Shown here: positions 63,694 to 64,000 of the stretch, in pieces | Numbering within the stretch: the first letter of the stretch is position 1 | Layout of the letters: every line of letters begins with the position of its first letter | Assembly (NCBI GenBank): GCA_029856365.1 | Contig: JAHQWW010000002.1 | Span: 69,098 to 133,097 of the forward strand | Direction of reading: 5' to 3' | DNA from: Candidatus Hodarchaeota archaeon | GTDB lineage: Archaea; Asgardarchaeota; Heimdallarchaeia; Hodarchaeales; Hodarchaeaceae | Length of the DNA stretch: 64,000 bases | The notes under the pieces: generated by a model | What the model was told of the DNA's origin: nothing | What the model saw: the letters and a program-made list of their open reading frames with translations, nothing else | Databases searched by the model: none | Made by a program: the position numbers and the translations under genes

Positions 63694-64000
63694 ATGACAT
63701 CCAGATCGAAGGTTAAGCGGAGTTTAGACCTAATCTCATTAACATTTGATGTTATTATAAACTCTCGGAGATCAATCTTGCCCTCAATATTCGGGCTTAT
63801 TTTGGCTTTAGCGGTAATTGCAGAAGCTCAATTGCTGGTAGAGTCCTCTCGAGAAGATTTTTTTGAGTTGATAGTATTTCAGGCATCTTCTGAGAACGAT
63901 AAATCTGCTGATATCAATATCGCATTGAATGGATTTTATCCTGAGGTGCATGGAGCAAAAAGATATTCTGATTTTTCCCACTATGAGGAAATGGTGAATC
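63694..64000 (+). CDS. 5' part of a probable FtsX-like ABC permease (runs off the window)
   Basis: MTSRSKVKRSLDLISLTFDVIINSRRSILPSIFGLILALAVIA..., open to the end of the window. Confidence 0.55.
   Translation, partial: MTSRSKVKRSLDLISLTFDVIINSRRSILPSIFGLILALAVIAEAQLLVESSREDFFELIVFQASSENDKSADINIALNGFYPEVHGAKRYSDFSHYEEMVN

Noticed and set aside
63691-63706. Another copy of the GATGTC repeat arm
   Set aside because: It coincides with the start codons of the permease ORF and lacks the AAC core.

Overview
AT-rich archaeal DNA, most likely from an Asgard archaeon (Heimdallarchaeia/Hodarchaeales-like). This is inferred from a Rab-like GTPase, a single-domain gelsolin, a roadblock protein, a uDENN/longin-like protein and many PGF-like C-terminally anchored surface proteins. 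About 1-38 kb and 51-64 kb form a patchwork of unrelated accessory genes: peptidases, oxidoreductases, an ABC exporter, 4-5 toxin-antitoxin-type modules, an IS element and many gene fragments. About 38-48 kb is a complete A/V-type ATPase operon. Three observations stand out. (1) The ATPase operon carries an extra, free-standing paralogue of the soluble N-terminal domain of subunit I/a, the fold shared with eukaryotic V-ATPase subunit C. (2) Intergenic junctions carry short dispersed repeats whose left and right arms reassort around a YYYAAC|G core, suggesting a decayed integron/attC-like cassette system with no integrase in the window. (3) A roughly 240-nt GC-rich hairpin array at about 59.2-59.45 kb contains a canonical box C/D kink-turn. 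No rRNA, tRNA or CRISPR array was recognised. All calls come from reading motifs by eye, with no database searches.
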